NCBI RefSeq assembly: GCF_018350175.1
Contig: NC_058368.1
Span: forward strand, 60,822,001-60,886,000
Direction: 5' to 3'
DNA from: Felis catus
Lineage: Eukaryota
DNA: 64,000 bases
The notes beneath the pieces were generated by a model, which worked only from the letters and a program-made list of their open reading frames with translations, was not told where the DNA came from and did not search any database. Positions 36,401 to 50,464 of the stretch are shown here, piece by piece. Positions within the stretch are counted from its first letter, which is position 1, and each line of letters begins with the position of its first letter. The translations under genes were made by a program, and so were the position numbers.

Positions 36401-36692
36401 TGATTCTAAAACCCTGTACATATTATGTAGTAATAATCACATTCTGTAACTGTCTACACTTCTTTATACTCATTAGTAACTGGTTTTTAGAGCAGTTTCT
36501 TAAATCAATTAACTTGTTTCAGTAGTATTTCTAAATTCTGGTAGTTCAGTTCCTGGCCGTCTTAATACATTGCTTCTAGTACTTTAGGGCATAGGTGAAC
36601 TCCATTTTAAGACTTAATTCCGCTGGTTGTATTGCCTCTTTTTAAATGTCTTTAGTATGAGGCATTACATTTTTCTCCTATTAGCACTTTTA

Positions 36693-37184
36693 TTTTTTTT
36701 GTCTTTTAATTAAATTGAAGTTTTTTTTAATATATGAAATTTATTGTCATATTGGTTTCCATACAACACCCAGTGCTCATCCCAAAAGGTGCCCTCCTCA
36801 ATACCCATCACCCACCCTCCCCTCCCTCCCACCCCCCATCAACCCTCAGTTTGTTCTCAGTTTTTAAGAGTCTCTTATGCTTTGGCTCTCTCCCACTCTA
36901 ACCTTTTTTTTTTTTTTTCCCTTCCCCTCCCCTATGGGTTTCTGTTAAGTTTCTCAGGATCCACCTAAGAGTGAAACCATATGGTATCTGTCTTTCTCTG
37001 TATGGCTTATTTCACTTAGCATCACACTCCAGTTCCATCCATGTTGCTACAAAAGGCCATATTTCATTCTTTCTCATTGCCACGTAGTATTCCATTGTGT
37101 ATATAAACCACAATTTCTTTATCCATTCATCAGTTGATGGACATTTAGGGTCTTTCCATAATTTGGCTATTGTTGAGAGTGCTG
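36693..37184 (-). mobile_element. Young 5'-truncated cat-type L1 (3' ~490 bp) with TSD
   Basis: Poly(T) followed by a clean L1 3'UTR. TSD ctattag(c/t)actttta at 36678-36692 and 37185-37199. Confidence 0.93.
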
Positions 37185-39329
37185 CTATTAGTACTTTTAA
37201 ATGCTAATCCCATGAAAGCATTTATTCTTTGTACTTTTTGAGAAAAATGCAGGGGGGAAAACTAAACTGGCAGAAATAGGATTCTTAACACTTTCAGAAA
37301 ACTAGTCAAACTTATATGGCCATGAGGTCAGGTGATTGAAGAGAGATATGCAAAGACTATACAATATTCCTTAGTATTGTAACTTGCTATGCTACCAGAA
37401 AAAGGTCTAACATAGAATGTTATCAATTAAGGTAGTGGAAACTATATTAAGTATGGGCAACATGCATAATTATAACTGTCTTGGAAATCCAAATACCCAG
37501 GCATTCAAAAATTTAAACAAACTCAGTATCCTTTCCCACTGGGATTACCTCATTGCAAAGGCAGCAATTTGAAAACTTACAAATCCTATCACAGTCAGGT
37601 GTATTAGAATTTTTTTCATTTTTACCTTTGGGCGTCTCTACAAGTCTTGTTGACTTAAAGTGGGTTTAATTTAAAAGGATTTTGTTAAATTCTGTAATTA
37701 AGATGTAAGTAAATATAACTACAGACTAACCTACAATTTATGATCCTTCTGTTCATTACTATATTCATTAACACTTAAGATTATCAAATGAAGCACTACT
37801 TGCTCTTTGGCTGACATCAAATGTGCTGTTCCTGTATCAAGTTAAAGGGATTAATTGAAGATTTCAAAATACTCCAAAATACGTACTACCAAGGATCTTA
37901 CCAATTACATTAGATGATGCACCTCAAAGGGTATAATTAAGAGGAGAGATTAAGCACTTTTAGCGAAGCTTATAAGACAGTGTATAATCAAATATTTGAA
38001 CATATACAGTAAACATGCAGTATTAGAAACTTATTTTTCCAAATTTCCTTAATGTTTAAGGAAAAGGGTAATTATTTTTATGTACATTAGTATGGGCTTC
38101 AGATCCTTACTGTCCTAAGGATATCAAATTCTTCAACTACAGATTAACACCATTCACCTGACTGAGTCAGTGAGAATCTTAAGCATTCTTTCATAAATCA
38201 GAATATTTCAGAGGTACTTTGCAGATTTTTCTGTGCTAACTAGGCACTTGATAAACATTTTCAGTGTATCTAGAAGTCCCTTGACTATATATCAGTCAGA
38301 CTTGGAAAATGGTTTTCTTAATTGCAATTTCTCATGCTCTCTAAAAATACTTACACTATCTTAATCCATAAATACAACCATCATTAATGTATGTAGAAGA
38401 CAGTTCTTAAAAGAACTTTTTTGCCTTCTCTAAAACTAAGATTCATAAAATCCTCCCCCAAAATCCTAAAAACATCATTTTATAAAATATTTTTCTTTTA
38501 CTTTTGAGTAATGACTAGTTAACTTCATGTTACCTATTAATGTGATTCATTAAATATGAAGCATAACCTTGTCCATTAGCTTCATTAAATAACTAGAATA
38601 CCTAAAATTCTTCATTCAATAGCTTATAATTATAGTTTACTTAAAAATATAGTGCTGCAGATACTCTTAGATATCTTCCATTCTGATCTCCAAAATCATA
38701 GATGGAATAAATGACTCTGGGAGAAATCAAATCACTTTTCCAAATTCTTGCTGAGACTTGAAACAGATATATGACTACATTACCTGTGAGAATCCATAAC
38801 TTTAATATAAAAGTTGTAATTTATAAGAACACACCTGGTCAGGCACCCTTTTTCTTTTTTGTTTTTGTTTTTGGTTACAATGAAAGCTGCCTATCCTTGT
38901 ATCCTTGGAGTCCACTATGACCTAGGTACTGGTTAATGAGAACAAGATGTTTAACAATGACCTAAGTGAGGTCCTATGAGCTCATATTCTAGGAGGGAAA
39001 TTAACCAGAATAAACTACATAAACAAGGAAAAGGTGACTCTGCTTTAGAGCATTTCTAGGTGTATAAGGTGGAGGGGTCTATAGATTTTAGAGACTGCTG
39101 ATGGGGTGGGGAGGCCTCATCTATAAGTAGTATGGATGTAGCAATTGAAATGGTCTTAGTATATGTAAGAAAAGACCAAGAACTTGGGGTTGATATTAAG
39201 GCTTAAAGTCCCTGATTACAGCAGTGCCCAGGATAGATGGAGATTATTATGATCAGAAGGTTAGTATAATCTGGGCTGGGAAAATAGTGGCCTGAATAGA
39301 TTATTTCCTTACCTAAACTTGGTTCCCAC

Positions 39330-39720
39330 TGCCCCCCTGCCCCCAACTCCTGCAAACCTGTTTGTTAGTGAAGAGGTCTAGTTGCCTCATCACATTGTCA
39401 AGGGCTCTTTGTTCCAAAGAGCCAGAAACAGACTCCACCTAGGCAGCAAGTTATTTTGGCAATATATTGGCTACCTACAGATTCAGTAGGAGGGCTCCAA
39501 AACCAAGCTTGGCAAGAAGAAGCCAAGGCATGAAGAACCAAAGTAATGTCAGGAGAACACTCAGGTGAAGTTACCATATCAGTGCTGCTGCTGGGCCCTC
39601 CCACTGGGGGGGAAACTTGGATCTGACACAGCCAACCTGCTAGGAAACTTAAAAACCAATTATTGATCACTTAAGCCCTGGTAAAATAAAACTCAAATTA
39701 TGTGTGGGCCCAAAGCAATG
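39330..39720. mobile_element. Degenerate MaLR LTR (older MLT1 subfamily)
   Basis: Loose resemblance only. Confidence 0.35.
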
Positions 39721-40079
39721 ACATTAACATTTTAATGGTCTACAACTCCTTTTTTGAACCTCTGAAGTGACTGAAGATCCAAAGGAGTTACTTTCCTCTT
39801 CCTAGTTGTATCAGTAGGATGTGATTTTATATAAAGAAAAACCAAATGGTCACTGTGCCATGCACAAGGAGTATCTATAAAGGAGTGGAATTTAAAGGCT
39901 TTTTTTCCACATTTTGCAAATGAAGGTATTAGGATATAAATCTTAATTTCAAAAATCTGTAGTCTCAATTCTGCCTTTGCATTTTCAAGCCTGAGAATTT
40001 TCTCAAGTTATTTGAAAGACTTGGGACTTAATTGGGTTGTGAATTTTTCAAATTATATAGTAAATACATACTAAATTTA

Positions 40080-41020
40080 CAGTCACAAGTAGCCTATAGT
40101 TCTGTGGCTTAAAACAATAAGCAGTTATTACTACTCATGATTCTAACACGCAATTATGGTGTCAACTAAGCTCACTACTGCATCTGTACTATGTGTGTTG
40201 GGCAGACAGACCCTCTGCTATGGCTGTGGGCTCTACCATTTTTGTGAGTCACCCAGACAGTAGGCTGATCTGGGCTAGCCTTGGTTGGGGTAGTTGGGCT
40301 TTCTACACATGGCTTCTTAACTACTAATGGACTACTTCATGCTTGCTTACAAAGCAATAGCAGATTCCAAAGGCAGTCCTTGGATTCTGGAGGCCTAGGC
40401 TTACACTGCCCAACTGTTGTTCCAATGAGAGCCTGAATATAGCAAAGGGAAAATTGCTAGACTATATGCAGAAATAGAATTCTGACCCACAATCTGCAAT
40501 AACCAGTTCAGGAAGCTGAACAATAATTCCTGTAATAATCAGCCTTGAGTGGCTAAGACTGGATTAAGAAGGGACAGCTTCACTAATTTTTGTCCCAACT
40601 TTCAGCCAAACATATACCTTTAGCCAATCACACAGTGTCCCAACTTCTGGTTAGCCTGCCTACAGTGTCCCCATGCCAACAGCTTCTCATCAGTGTGTAC
40701 CTGAAACCTTTCCTTTCCACTCACCCCTCTGCTGTAACACTTTACCACACTCTTGCCTGCCTTTGAGTCTTTGCCAAAACACAAGTGATAGTGGCTGACT
40801 CCCTTGTTATAGCAAGTTCTGAATAGCTTTTGCTTGTTGTCATTTAGGTGGTCTTTATATATTTCCACACCACTATGTTCTCTTGGCCAAATGAAGTCCT
40901 AATGTCAGCCAAATGCAAGCTGTGGGGAAAGAGTAGTTCTACCTCTTGATGGGAGGAGCAGCAAAATCACACTGTGGGATAAGACAAGGATGGATAGGGA
41001 TATTTTTGCAGTCAATCACA
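40080..41020 (-). mobile_element. MLT1-type LTR split by an ERV1-like LTR
   Basis: gtggcttaaaacaataagcagttattactactcatg… resumes after 40868 (ctatgttctcttggccaaa…cctcttgatgggaggagc). Confidence 0.65.
40415..40868 (+). mobile_element. ERV1-class solo LTR (MER34-like)
   Basis: TG…CA ends; agccaatcac CCAAT box; ctttgagtctttgccaaaacacaagtgatagtggctgactccc…ttccaca. Confidence 0.7.
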
Positions 41021-41470
41021 CTTAACCTTTTTAGTAAAGAACTTTCATTCGGGTAATACCGAATTCTCTTCAACTTTAGTCTGCCAATTAAAGGAATACA
41101 AAGGTGTAACTGCTTCCAATTTTTATCTGCTTCCAACATTCTTAAATGTTTCCACTAATGACTCAGTAAATTTTATAGTAATGCTTCACTTCTTTTTTTC
41201 CTTTTTTCCTGGAGTAGTTCCTTTAAATTTACTGATTTCTGAGAAAATGATTCTCTGCAAAACTCATTCTCCTTGCATTTAAAGCAGGATGCATTAAAAA
41301 GCAGTGTCAGGTTATCCTTAATTCTTACTCATGAGGCTTTGCTGCAATCAAACCTCATTTCAGGGCCTTCTAACGTATTCCCTAATAGACTGCCCTTTTC
41401 TGTTTGTAGCACAGGTTTTTATACTCTTGAACTGTCAGCATCTTACAGTGTACTTTGATTCTGAGCTTTG

Positions 41471-41472
<2 letters not shown>

Positions 41473-41530
<58 letters not shown>
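41473..41530. repeat. (GT)29 microsatellite
   Basis: Perfect run. Confidence 0.98.
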
Positions 41531-41532
<2 letters not shown>

Positions 41533-42174
41533 TGGAGGGGGGGTGGGGAGGTGCCAGCAGAACTAAAATTTTCACTGAGCAATTTCTTTACTGGATAACA
41601 TGCAGCACTTAACTGCCAGAACCAGGGAGACCATTTTCTGATTTCAAAAAGCTATGAAAAAAACCTGAAGAAACTGTACAGCTGCAGAAATTGTTCCTTA
41701 ATTGTCTATGTCCAGTTAAACTTCAGTGAAATAACTGCACATCTTTCAAAATTCTATGCCTCAGTAGAGACATTAATCCATTTCTGACAAAATGAGATGC
41801 TATTTTCCCCAAACTCCTCAAATAGCATTGTTTATATATAAGCATTCTATATTCACAAGACTCCTACAGTTTCTGGTGATTTGGTTAAAGTAATTAACAG
41901 TAAACATTCTTATGCATAAAATCATTCTCTGGGGGAGGATCAGACTAGAAATCTGCAAGCAGAAGGTAAAAACACAAAATTGCTGAAATTAAATATAAAT
42001 CCTAAGAATCTGATAAGACAGAAGTTTGGTGTTACATACGATGAATGTGAAGTTTACTATGAAGAAAAAGCAGTTATCTCAACCCTAATCACTTTAAGGC
42101 CAGGTTTCCTATGACTTGTGAAAACCTAACATGAAGAACAAGATCTTGTATGAATTTTACAATATTTCTGTCCA

Positions 42175-42355
42175 GGGGTACCTGGGTGACTCAGTCAAGC
42201 GTCCTACTCTGGGTTTTGGCTCAGGTCACGATCTCAGTTTGAGTTTGAGCCCTGGGGCAAACAGTCTGAGACCATGCAGAGCCTGCTTGGGATTCTCTCT
42301 GCCCCACTTTTCAACCACGTGTGTGTGTGCACGCGCGTGTACGCGCTCTCAGATA
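42175..42355 (+). mobile_element. Older Can-SINE
   Basis: ggggtacctgggtgactcagtcaagcgtcc…gagcctgcttgggattctctc. Confidence 0.88.
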
Positions 42356-42389
42356 TTTAAATCTGTCAAAAGTAAATTTTTTTTCAGAA

Positions 42390-42605
42390 AAGAGTAGGTG
42401 AAGGGAATTAAGAGGTACAGATCTCATAAGAGTCATGGGGATGAAAAGCACAGCATAGGTATAAAGTAGGTAATGTTGTGTACGGAATGGTGACTGATGG
42501 TAACTATACTTTGCATGGTGAGCATTGTGTATTGTATAGAACTGGGCACTGTTGTGCCCTGAGACTAATAGAACTGTATATCAATTATACTTAAATTTTA
42601 AAAAG
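42390..42605 (+). mobile_element. L1 3'-end fragment (L1MA9/L1_Carn-type)
   Basis: gggaattaagaggtaca…tggtaactatactttgcatggtgagca…tatcaattatactt followed by A-rich end. Confidence 0.75.
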
Positions 42606-43005
42606 GGGATCAAAAAGTCAGTCTTAGGTAAGTTCTGAGAAGTAGCAACTTTCTGCCCTTTTAGATACTTTGAAAGCACCTTGCATGAAAGCTTCAATTC
42701 AAACAGGTATAGGAATATCCTGGCAGCAGGACTCTGCTGTCAATTCAATCAGGTGACATAATCTTTAAATGGCGATAGCCAGAAGGATTTAGAATCCTAA
42801 GCACAGGTTACCATTCAAAGTGCTCAGGCTATTGGGATAAGCAAGTTACTTCCTATTTAAGGGTAAGGGTGTATATCAACTTTACTAGTCAATTCACTCA
42901 TTCCTGAATACTTCATTTTTTCTGAAAATATTATTTTGAATATTATAAAAAGTAGAAAAAAATTAAATACAACTTCAGAAACACCTGAAACCATTGTAGA
43001 GTAAG

Positions 43006-44148
43006 AGATGAGGTGATAACTCGTTTCAGTTTTGATTTGCGTTTTCCTGACTAGTGATGTTGAACATCTTTCCTTGTATCTGTTGATGTTATGTGGGTCG
43101 TCTCTGGAGAAACGTTTATTCAAATTGTCTCCTTTTAACCATTTTTTTTTTTTTTTTGCAATCTGAGTTCTTAGCGTATTCTGAATTTTAACCTATCATA
43201 GGATTTGCAAATATTTACTACCATGGGTAGGTTGCTTTTTCAGTGTGTTGGTTTCCTTAGCTGTGAAGAAAAGCTTTTTGGTTTGACATAGTTGCACTTG
43301 TTTTTCTGCTTTTGTTGCTTTTGCTTTTGGAATTACATCCAAAAGTTAGTGCTGAAACCAATGTCCAAGAGCTTACCACATAATTTTTTTCTTGGTTTCA
43401 GGTCTTAGGTTCAAGCCTTTAATCCATTGAGTTTATTTTTTGTATGGTGTGAGATAGTGGTTCAATTTTATACTCCTGCATGTGACTGGCTGGTTTTCCC
43501 AACACCCTGAGACTGTCCAGTCTGCATTGTATTTTCTTGCCTCTCCTGTGTCATAAATTGACCATACATTCCTGGGTTTATTTCTGGGCCTTCTGTTCCA
43601 TTGACCTATATATGTCTTGATGACATTATCCTACTGCTTTGATTACTACAGCTTTGGAAAATAGTTTAAAATCAAGGGAGGGTGATAAGCTCTAATCCCT
43701 CCTACCCATGCCCCAAAATTGCTATAGCTATCCGTGGTCTTCTGTGCTTCCATTCAAATTTTAGGATTCTTCTATTTGGGTGGAAAATGCCATTGAAGTT
43801 TTGATAGGGATTACACTGAATTTGTACTTTTCTTTGGGTAGTATGAGCATTTTAACAGCATTCCAATCTATGAGCATATGATTTTAGTTGTGGCTTCTTC
43901 AGCTTTAATTTCTTCTAAGTGTATAGGTCTTTCACTTCTTCTGGTTAGATTTATTACTAAGTATTTTGGATTAAAGTATAAATGGGATTGCTAATTTCTA
44001 CCAGTTTGTTTCTAGATGCTAATCGTTTTTGTATACTGTGTATCCTGGATTTTATTAAACTTGTTCCATCAGCTATTTTTTTTCTTTTTTGGTTTGTCTT
44101 TAGGGGTTTTTATATGTAACCCCATCTTCTCTGCAAATAGTGACAGTT
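43006..44148 (-). mobile_element. L1 ORF2 3' fragment (older)
   Basis: Antisense ORF2 motifs: gttttgatttgcgttttcctgactagtgatgttgaacatc…ctgcaaatagtgacagtt. Confidence 0.85.
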
Positions 44149-45789
44149 GACAAGGAGAGTATTTGTTTTCATTGAAACTATATAAAATCTTGTCATTACA
44201 AATATTTTAAGTTTATAAACCTTTTTTCAGAATAGTTAAATCTAGTAATCCTGGTATGTTTCTGCTTTAGGATTATGATATACTAGCACAAACAAAATGC
44301 ACCTTCCATTTTCTTTAAAATTTGCTTTTTACATGTAAATGCTTAAGAGTCTAAGGACTACCATTCAGATTGTTTTTCAAACATTCTAAATTTTTAGCTC
44401 TCCACTGAGTTGCCATCACTGAGTATTAACAAGCACAAAATTTTAATAGGCATTACTGATACAACTTGATACACATCCAAGTAATAAACCAAATGATAGT
44501 TGCCCTTCAACCCACAATATAGCATATTCTTCCCAGTAAAGAACTGGGCTTCTAATGCTGAAGCATGGGCTCTTGTGTCATTCAAAGTCAAAACATTGAA
44601 TTACTTCTAGTCAAATACATTGCAATTGCATTATGCCACCTCAATGAAGCCTTGATATAAAATCAAAGTAGACACACTAACAAAGATTTTCAATAAGAAA
44701 GCAATAATCTCTACAAATTTACAGATTAAATTTGGAAAAGAGAACCATATTTAACTTCTTGAAATTTTGTGAGCATGTAAGTGTGGATTTTCATTTCGGT
44801 GTAGTCACTCTAAATCTGAACAATGCCCTAGGCAAGTGGCATATGAACATGTTACCTACCTAAGCATGTACTAATACTACAGTTTTATGTAGCCTCAAAA
44901 ATACACCTTCTGGGTGGCTATACCTTCACTTCTCTTGAATGATGCTGAAAACATGTTGTATTTCCAATAATGTATAGGCCTGTGTTACTTGGTGTTATGG
45001 GCACAGGATACTTGAATGTAGTAGACTGCCTCCCATCAACTAACTTGTGAAATCCTTCTGCATAGATAGAATGTTTTCACATTTGTTCTAGTTGGAAAGA
45101 CCATTCATATAGAGTATGGAAAGGTTAACTGTTACTTAAAGAAAAACCATGGAGTCTGGAATTCCTTCTCCCACCAACCCTGAGTTATATTCTGCAACTA
45201 AAATGATCTTCACGTGCTTCAAAATGTGCGTGCTTCAAGGCTTAGAATTTTGATGCTTCTATCTTGGGAGTGTTTGAGTGAAAACCATGGGTGGTATAGT
45301 CCTTAATCTTCCCCAAAGTGCTCATGATTCATGGAAATTGACAGGGTTGGATGCTATGAAATTTCTGTTCACACCACAGTGTTCAATACTGTCTCCCAAA
45401 TCCTATAAAACTGGTCTATATCTAGTTGCCAGAATCCTTTTTGAGGCTTAAATATTTGAAAACATTCCAACTTCATCTGAGGCCTCATTTGAGAGAGGGG
45501 TCTAGGCTTTGAGGTAAATCAGTGAATTCAAATCCCACAGATTATTACCTTGGGCAAATCATCTAATTAGTTTGAACCAATTTTCTCATTGGTGACATGG
45601 TGATTCTAATACCATAGTGTCTTAACAGCAAGAATGAAAACCCCAGGTATGTAATAGGTCCTCAAGAAGAACTTTCTAGGAGCCTATAACAGAAGCAGGG
45701 AGTAATCTGGTAAAAAAATAAAGCAGCAGGACAGCTCTAAGGTGATAGAGGTCCTGAGGGAACTGCCCCACCTTAGAAGTGATCACTAT

Positions 45790-46010
45790 CTGCAAGATCA
45801 CTTTTCTCAGGGACTTGGGCTTGTGGCTCCTTCTGCCTGGAAAGCTTTTCCTTAGGACTCCTTGTCTCTGCTCTAAACGTTACCTCAGAGAAGCTCCTTC
45901 AACACTCAATTCCCTTACTCTTTTTTCTATACTGTGTATTATGTTGAATATTTACGGGTTTCCTTTAGAATGTAAATCTCTGAACGTAGGCACCATGTTT
46001 CTAAATTGAA
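45790..46010 (+). mobile_element. L2 3' fragment
   Basis: ttagaatgtaaatctctgaacgtaggcacc. Confidence 0.55.
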
Positions 46011-46072
46011 TATCTTAATTCTCATCATGGCCTCTTTTGCATCATATGCCAGGTATCCCTATTATCCTATGT

Positions 46073-46179
46073 TTTCTTTTTTTTTTTTGATTTTATCTTT
46101 AATCTTCACAATATGGGGCTTGAACTCCAACCCCAAGATGGAGTCGCATGCTCCACCAGCCAAGCCAGCCAGGGGCCCC
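46073..46179 (-). mobile_element. Short old carnivore tRNA-SINE
   Basis: ggggcttgaactccaaccccaagatggagtcgcatgctccaccagccaagccagccaggggcccc. Confidence 0.8.
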
Positions 46180-47169
46180 AATCCTATGCTTGCTCTAAAT
46201 CTTGAATTCTCACTTTTCAGGTCAGAATGCAAACAAACTAACTAGTTCCTTTTATACACTGATATTCTCATTCTTTGAATAACCTTAACTAGAAAGCATT
46301 GTTTCTCTTTGGCATGTCCTACCGTTTCTATGTTCAAATCTGGTAAAAATTGTGTGTATACGTATGTATATATGTATACATATATGTGTGTATATATGTA
46401 TATATATATTTTTCCCCCTACGTGGTTAACACCTCAAGACACTAACTGGACTATGGAGAAAAACGGACGTGGAGGCATTTTACTAGGATGACCTTTTCTC
46501 TAATCCTTTTAATCCTTCATTAAAGGTTATAACTTTGTATAATTCTGTTTGTACAATTCCATTAACTCATATTTTCCCAATAATACAAAGGTGTTCTGTG
46601 TTTTATCCCCTTGTGAGCCTATAAATTCCTTAAAGGCAAAATCTAAGATTATGACTTTTTTATAATTAGTTTCATATACAGTGGCATTTATACAGTAGCT
46701 ATTCAGAATGTGCTGAATGAACAAATAAGCACACTTTAATCAGACTTACCTGATATAACACTGGCTTAAATGTTACCTACAGAACTTGTTTCTCTGTGAG
46801 GGAGATTACCCTCAACTTCCTGTGTCTTAGGTTCTTTATTCAAATAGGATGTAATATTTTGAACGAATTGGTGTGAGGACTTAAAAGGTACCCTCAGCAG
46901 GTATGCTATGTTGGTTCACTTTTCATGTGCTCAGAATCTACTCTTGGAAACTGTCCCCTCTCCACTCCCTTCCTGACCACACTGGTGATGGGCAAAGGAC
47001 CTGGGCCTCTTCCCTGGGCCGTTTTTTTTTTTTTTTTTTTTTCCTTTCCAAAGTTGATTGAAAGCCCAAGAGTCCTTTTAAGGCATTAACCATAACTCTT
47101 ACGACAGCTTTGTCTTTGGCAGCAAATCTGAAATCTATGCTTATTTCATAGTCTATGTACTAATAAGTT

Positions 47170-47334
47170 TATTTTGAGTACTAGAGAGAGCAGGGGTGGG
47201 GGGAGCTTGGGAGCCAAGCAGGCTTCGCGCTGTCAGCACAGAGTCTGATGCAGGGCTTGAATTTACAAATCGTAGGATCATGGCCTGAGATGAAATCAAG
47301 AGTCACTTAACTGACTGAGCCACCCAGACACCCC
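47170..47334 (-). mobile_element. Can-SINE
   Basis: Reverse SINE. Confidence 0.92.
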
Positions 47335-47479
47335 AACTCCTATATATACATACACACATATATATGTATATTAAAGATTCCCAGAATAGCTACCTGTTTT
47401 TTCATTTGCTATTCTTATTTTGCAGTCTTTGGTTCTCACTTTTTAACTGTAAGAATTCTTTCTCCTTCCAAAAATCTTT

Positions 47480-49240
47480 GAAAAATCCCAGAGCTTCAGT
47501 TTATTTGGGTTACCTCTGTATCCTATAAAACATCTTAAATGTTTTAGTTCATTTAAAAATCTTGTGTATTACATGCTAATAGAAATACCTTACTTTCAAA
47601 TAACATAACTGTTTTCTAAAACCACAAAAACCAGTTCCTTACATTTTGTAGTTCTCATGCCAAGTGTAAGGGAACATAGCTGGATTTTCATGTTTGCTTC
47701 TGCCTCAGTCTTTTGAGCTCTGCTGTCTTAGTTGAAATGCGAGGAAAACAGTCACACATGATATAGTTGGAAAGTGGAAAGAATATCTGGCTGTGTTTTC
47801 AGATAACTGGATATTTACCACTTGCTCAGTACTCATGCAGTATGAAGTTTAGTTATAATGTGGAATTTAGAGCTATATTGAAACTGAACTGTAACTATAG
47901 AAATCCATTGGAACATCTCACAGTGTAATTGGATCTTTACAATTCTGTAAATCATACTATCCACATGGAAAGTACAGGTTCACTGAGGTAAGCAGTTCTT
48001 CTCCATGTCAACACTTGATTATACAGTCTCAAAACTACGTGTACTGACACTGGTCCTTTAAATGTCCTGTCAAGCATATGAGAGTGGATTCAGGTTTTGG
48101 CTAAGCTTGAATTGTATTATTGGCAGTAAGTACTCTCTACTGTTCCCCTTCAAGCAATTTGCTTAATTATTTAGGAGAATATTTGCCAAATGTCCAAGTC
48201 AGCCTAACCAGAGTTTGTTGATTCTTGGAAGGCAAATGATTCCATGGAAAAAAATGTGTAGTTAGACTTGGGTTTCAGTTGTAACAGGGCTTTTCCTTGA
48301 AACCATGGTTTTTCAGTATGAGTAACTACAAATTAAAAATGAGGCTTAATTCTCCCTGTTGAGAAAAAGGAGCCTTCCCTCCCCCTTTCCTTTTCCTTAG
48401 TGTGTTTACTTTAGAAACCTTGTAATTTTAAATTCTATCACTCTGAATTATATTTAAATCTTTAGAAGCTAAACCTCTTGCCAGTTCAGTACTTTAGGCA
48501 GATTTTTCTCAAGGACATGGAAATCTCTCTGGAATGTAGATAACCAAGGGCAACTGCACCCCATTTTTCCAGCTTCTGGGAACAGGTCTGAGCTTAACCA
48601 CATGGGTGCCTGCCTCCTAGTTGTAAAACTATCTTCTGTCATGAAAATAGAAGCTTATTTTGCCATTGTAGAAAACTAACACAGGTGATCACCCCAATTA
48701 TCAGGTGAATTTAGAATGAAGTATGTAACAAATGGTGCTGGCAAGTCCTCTTGAAGACTAGTTACTATCTTTCCAACATGTATGTCATGGGTTGTATATG
48801 TAAAAGGGTCTCTTAATGGATTGCCTATGATAGACCTATCCTTCTGGCTCCGTGATGATTAGATAATAAAACCATTTGTCTTTACTACCTTTGTGAAGTT
48901 TTCTGGGCTGGGAGATTTTATTTCTAATCTTATTTCCCCAACATATGCACACAAAGTTTTGTGTATACTTCCTGCTTTGCCATTCAGGATATTAAAAACA
49001 TGAGCACAAGATTGAAGTCGTAATGTTGATCAAGAATGTTTAATGTTTTCTGAAAGTGCTTGGCAGTGAAATTGTCCATGCAGATTCATGACAGTGCTGT
49101 CATCGTTGGTTTGCACCATTAGTGAAAATATAAAGTAAAGACAAAGAACATCTTAGTATCCTGAGAACATAGTTCTGAACTCAGAATTCTTTGAAGAGCC
49201 CTGGGTATCCTCAGGGGTCCCCCGACTGAACTAGAAACTT
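47480..49240 (-). mobile_element. Charlie1-like hAT transposon fossil interrupted by an LTR
   Basis: Minus-strand translation from 48320 gives HTEKPWFQGKAL, resembling the hAT motif HTEVRWLSRGKAL. Terminal region gagccctgggtatcctcaggggtcccc. Confidence 0.75.
48321..48943 (+). mobile_element. ERV1-class solo LTR with 4-bp TSD (tatg)
   Basis: AATAAA near 48866, end …ttatttccccaaCA, and tatg on both flanks. Confidence 0.7.
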
Positions 49241-49737
49241 AATTAAAAGTACCTTAAACCTATCAGGTGGGAGAGTCACAAAATTAAAGTCTTTCTGTGA
49301 GCTAGAAGATCTAATTAAGAGTGGGCACCATACCCTTAATTTGATGTTTAGGTAGAGGCAGTTTGATTCTTAGATTTTAACTGTGGAGAAGGCCCTCTTG
49401 TTTGGTCTTTGTCTCAGGAAACAGTTCTAAGAAGTCTTCCAATGGTAAAACTTTTAAGAATCATCTGCCTCTCCTGATGGCCTCAATTTCTGAACTTACC
49501 TGTTTATAAGGCAGCCTATTTTATTTTCTGGAGGTCATCTACTTCTCATAACTTAAAGCATACCAGCACTCACCCTATACTATTCTTCTAATCAAACATT
49601 AAAGTTGATTAGGTATACTGTGTCTTGAGTGCCACAGGTGGTTTTGACCAAATACTTGGAAGCTGAAGTGTTCTACATTATGAAGTTTCTAATAACCATT
49701 CCAACACCTAAACAAAATTTAAAAATAAGTGAATCTT

Positions 49738-49906
49738 TAATTTTTAATGTTGAGAGAGAGCATGAGCGGGGAGGGAGACACACAATCTGATATCGGCTCC
49801 AGGCTCTGTCAGCACAGTGCCTGACATGGGGCTTGAACTCAGGAACTGCAAGATAATGACCTATGCTGAAGTCAGATGCTTAACTGACAGCCACCTAGGA
49901 ACCCCC
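49738..49906 (-). mobile_element. Can-SINE (first of a tandem pair)
   Basis: Reverse SINE. Confidence 0.9.
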
Positions 49907-49907
49907 T

Positions 49908-50115
49908 GTATTCATTTATTTTTTAAAGTTTATTTTGAGAAAGAAAGAGGGTGTGTTTGGGAGCTGGGGGGGGGGGGTGGTGAAGAGAATTCCAAGCAGG
50001 CTCCCTGCTGTCAGCACAGAGCCAGATGCTGAACTTGATCTCAGGACTGTGAGATCATGACCTGAGCTGAAATAAAGAGTTGGATGCTTAACTGACTGAG
50101 CCACCAGGTGCCCCC
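49908..50115 (-). mobile_element. Can-SINE (second of a tandem pair)
   Basis: Reverse SINE. Confidence 0.9.
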
Positions 50116-50464
50116 AAAAAGATTGTATGAGATGCCTAAAGATTAATAGCAAGGATCTTCCTTTGGTAACAATTTCTATAAAAGAAAGGATAGGGTTCTA
50201 TGGCAGAATAAGCATTAACATAGTGTTTTCGGAACTATCTTCTAGCATACAAAAGTGAAGCATGTCTTTGATAAATGTGAGAGATTTGGGATTTCACTGA
50301 CTGGTAAATACTCCATTCCAGAGGTGGATACACACCCTTCCAGTCCACAACCTCTTGGCCAAAACTAGTTCTATTGCCCTAACCCAAATAAAGATTATGA
50401 GAAAGTTTGGCTGCGAGAAGTCTAGTTTAACAAGTTGCTAAACCTCTTTCTTCCCCCAATAACT

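Noticed and set aside
46744-46752. ACTTACCTG, the U1 snRNA 5' end or a perfect minus-strand donor (also near 49496)
   Set aside because: No further U1 homology and no convincing upstream acceptor or ORF. Both lie in degenerate MIR/L2-like sequence.
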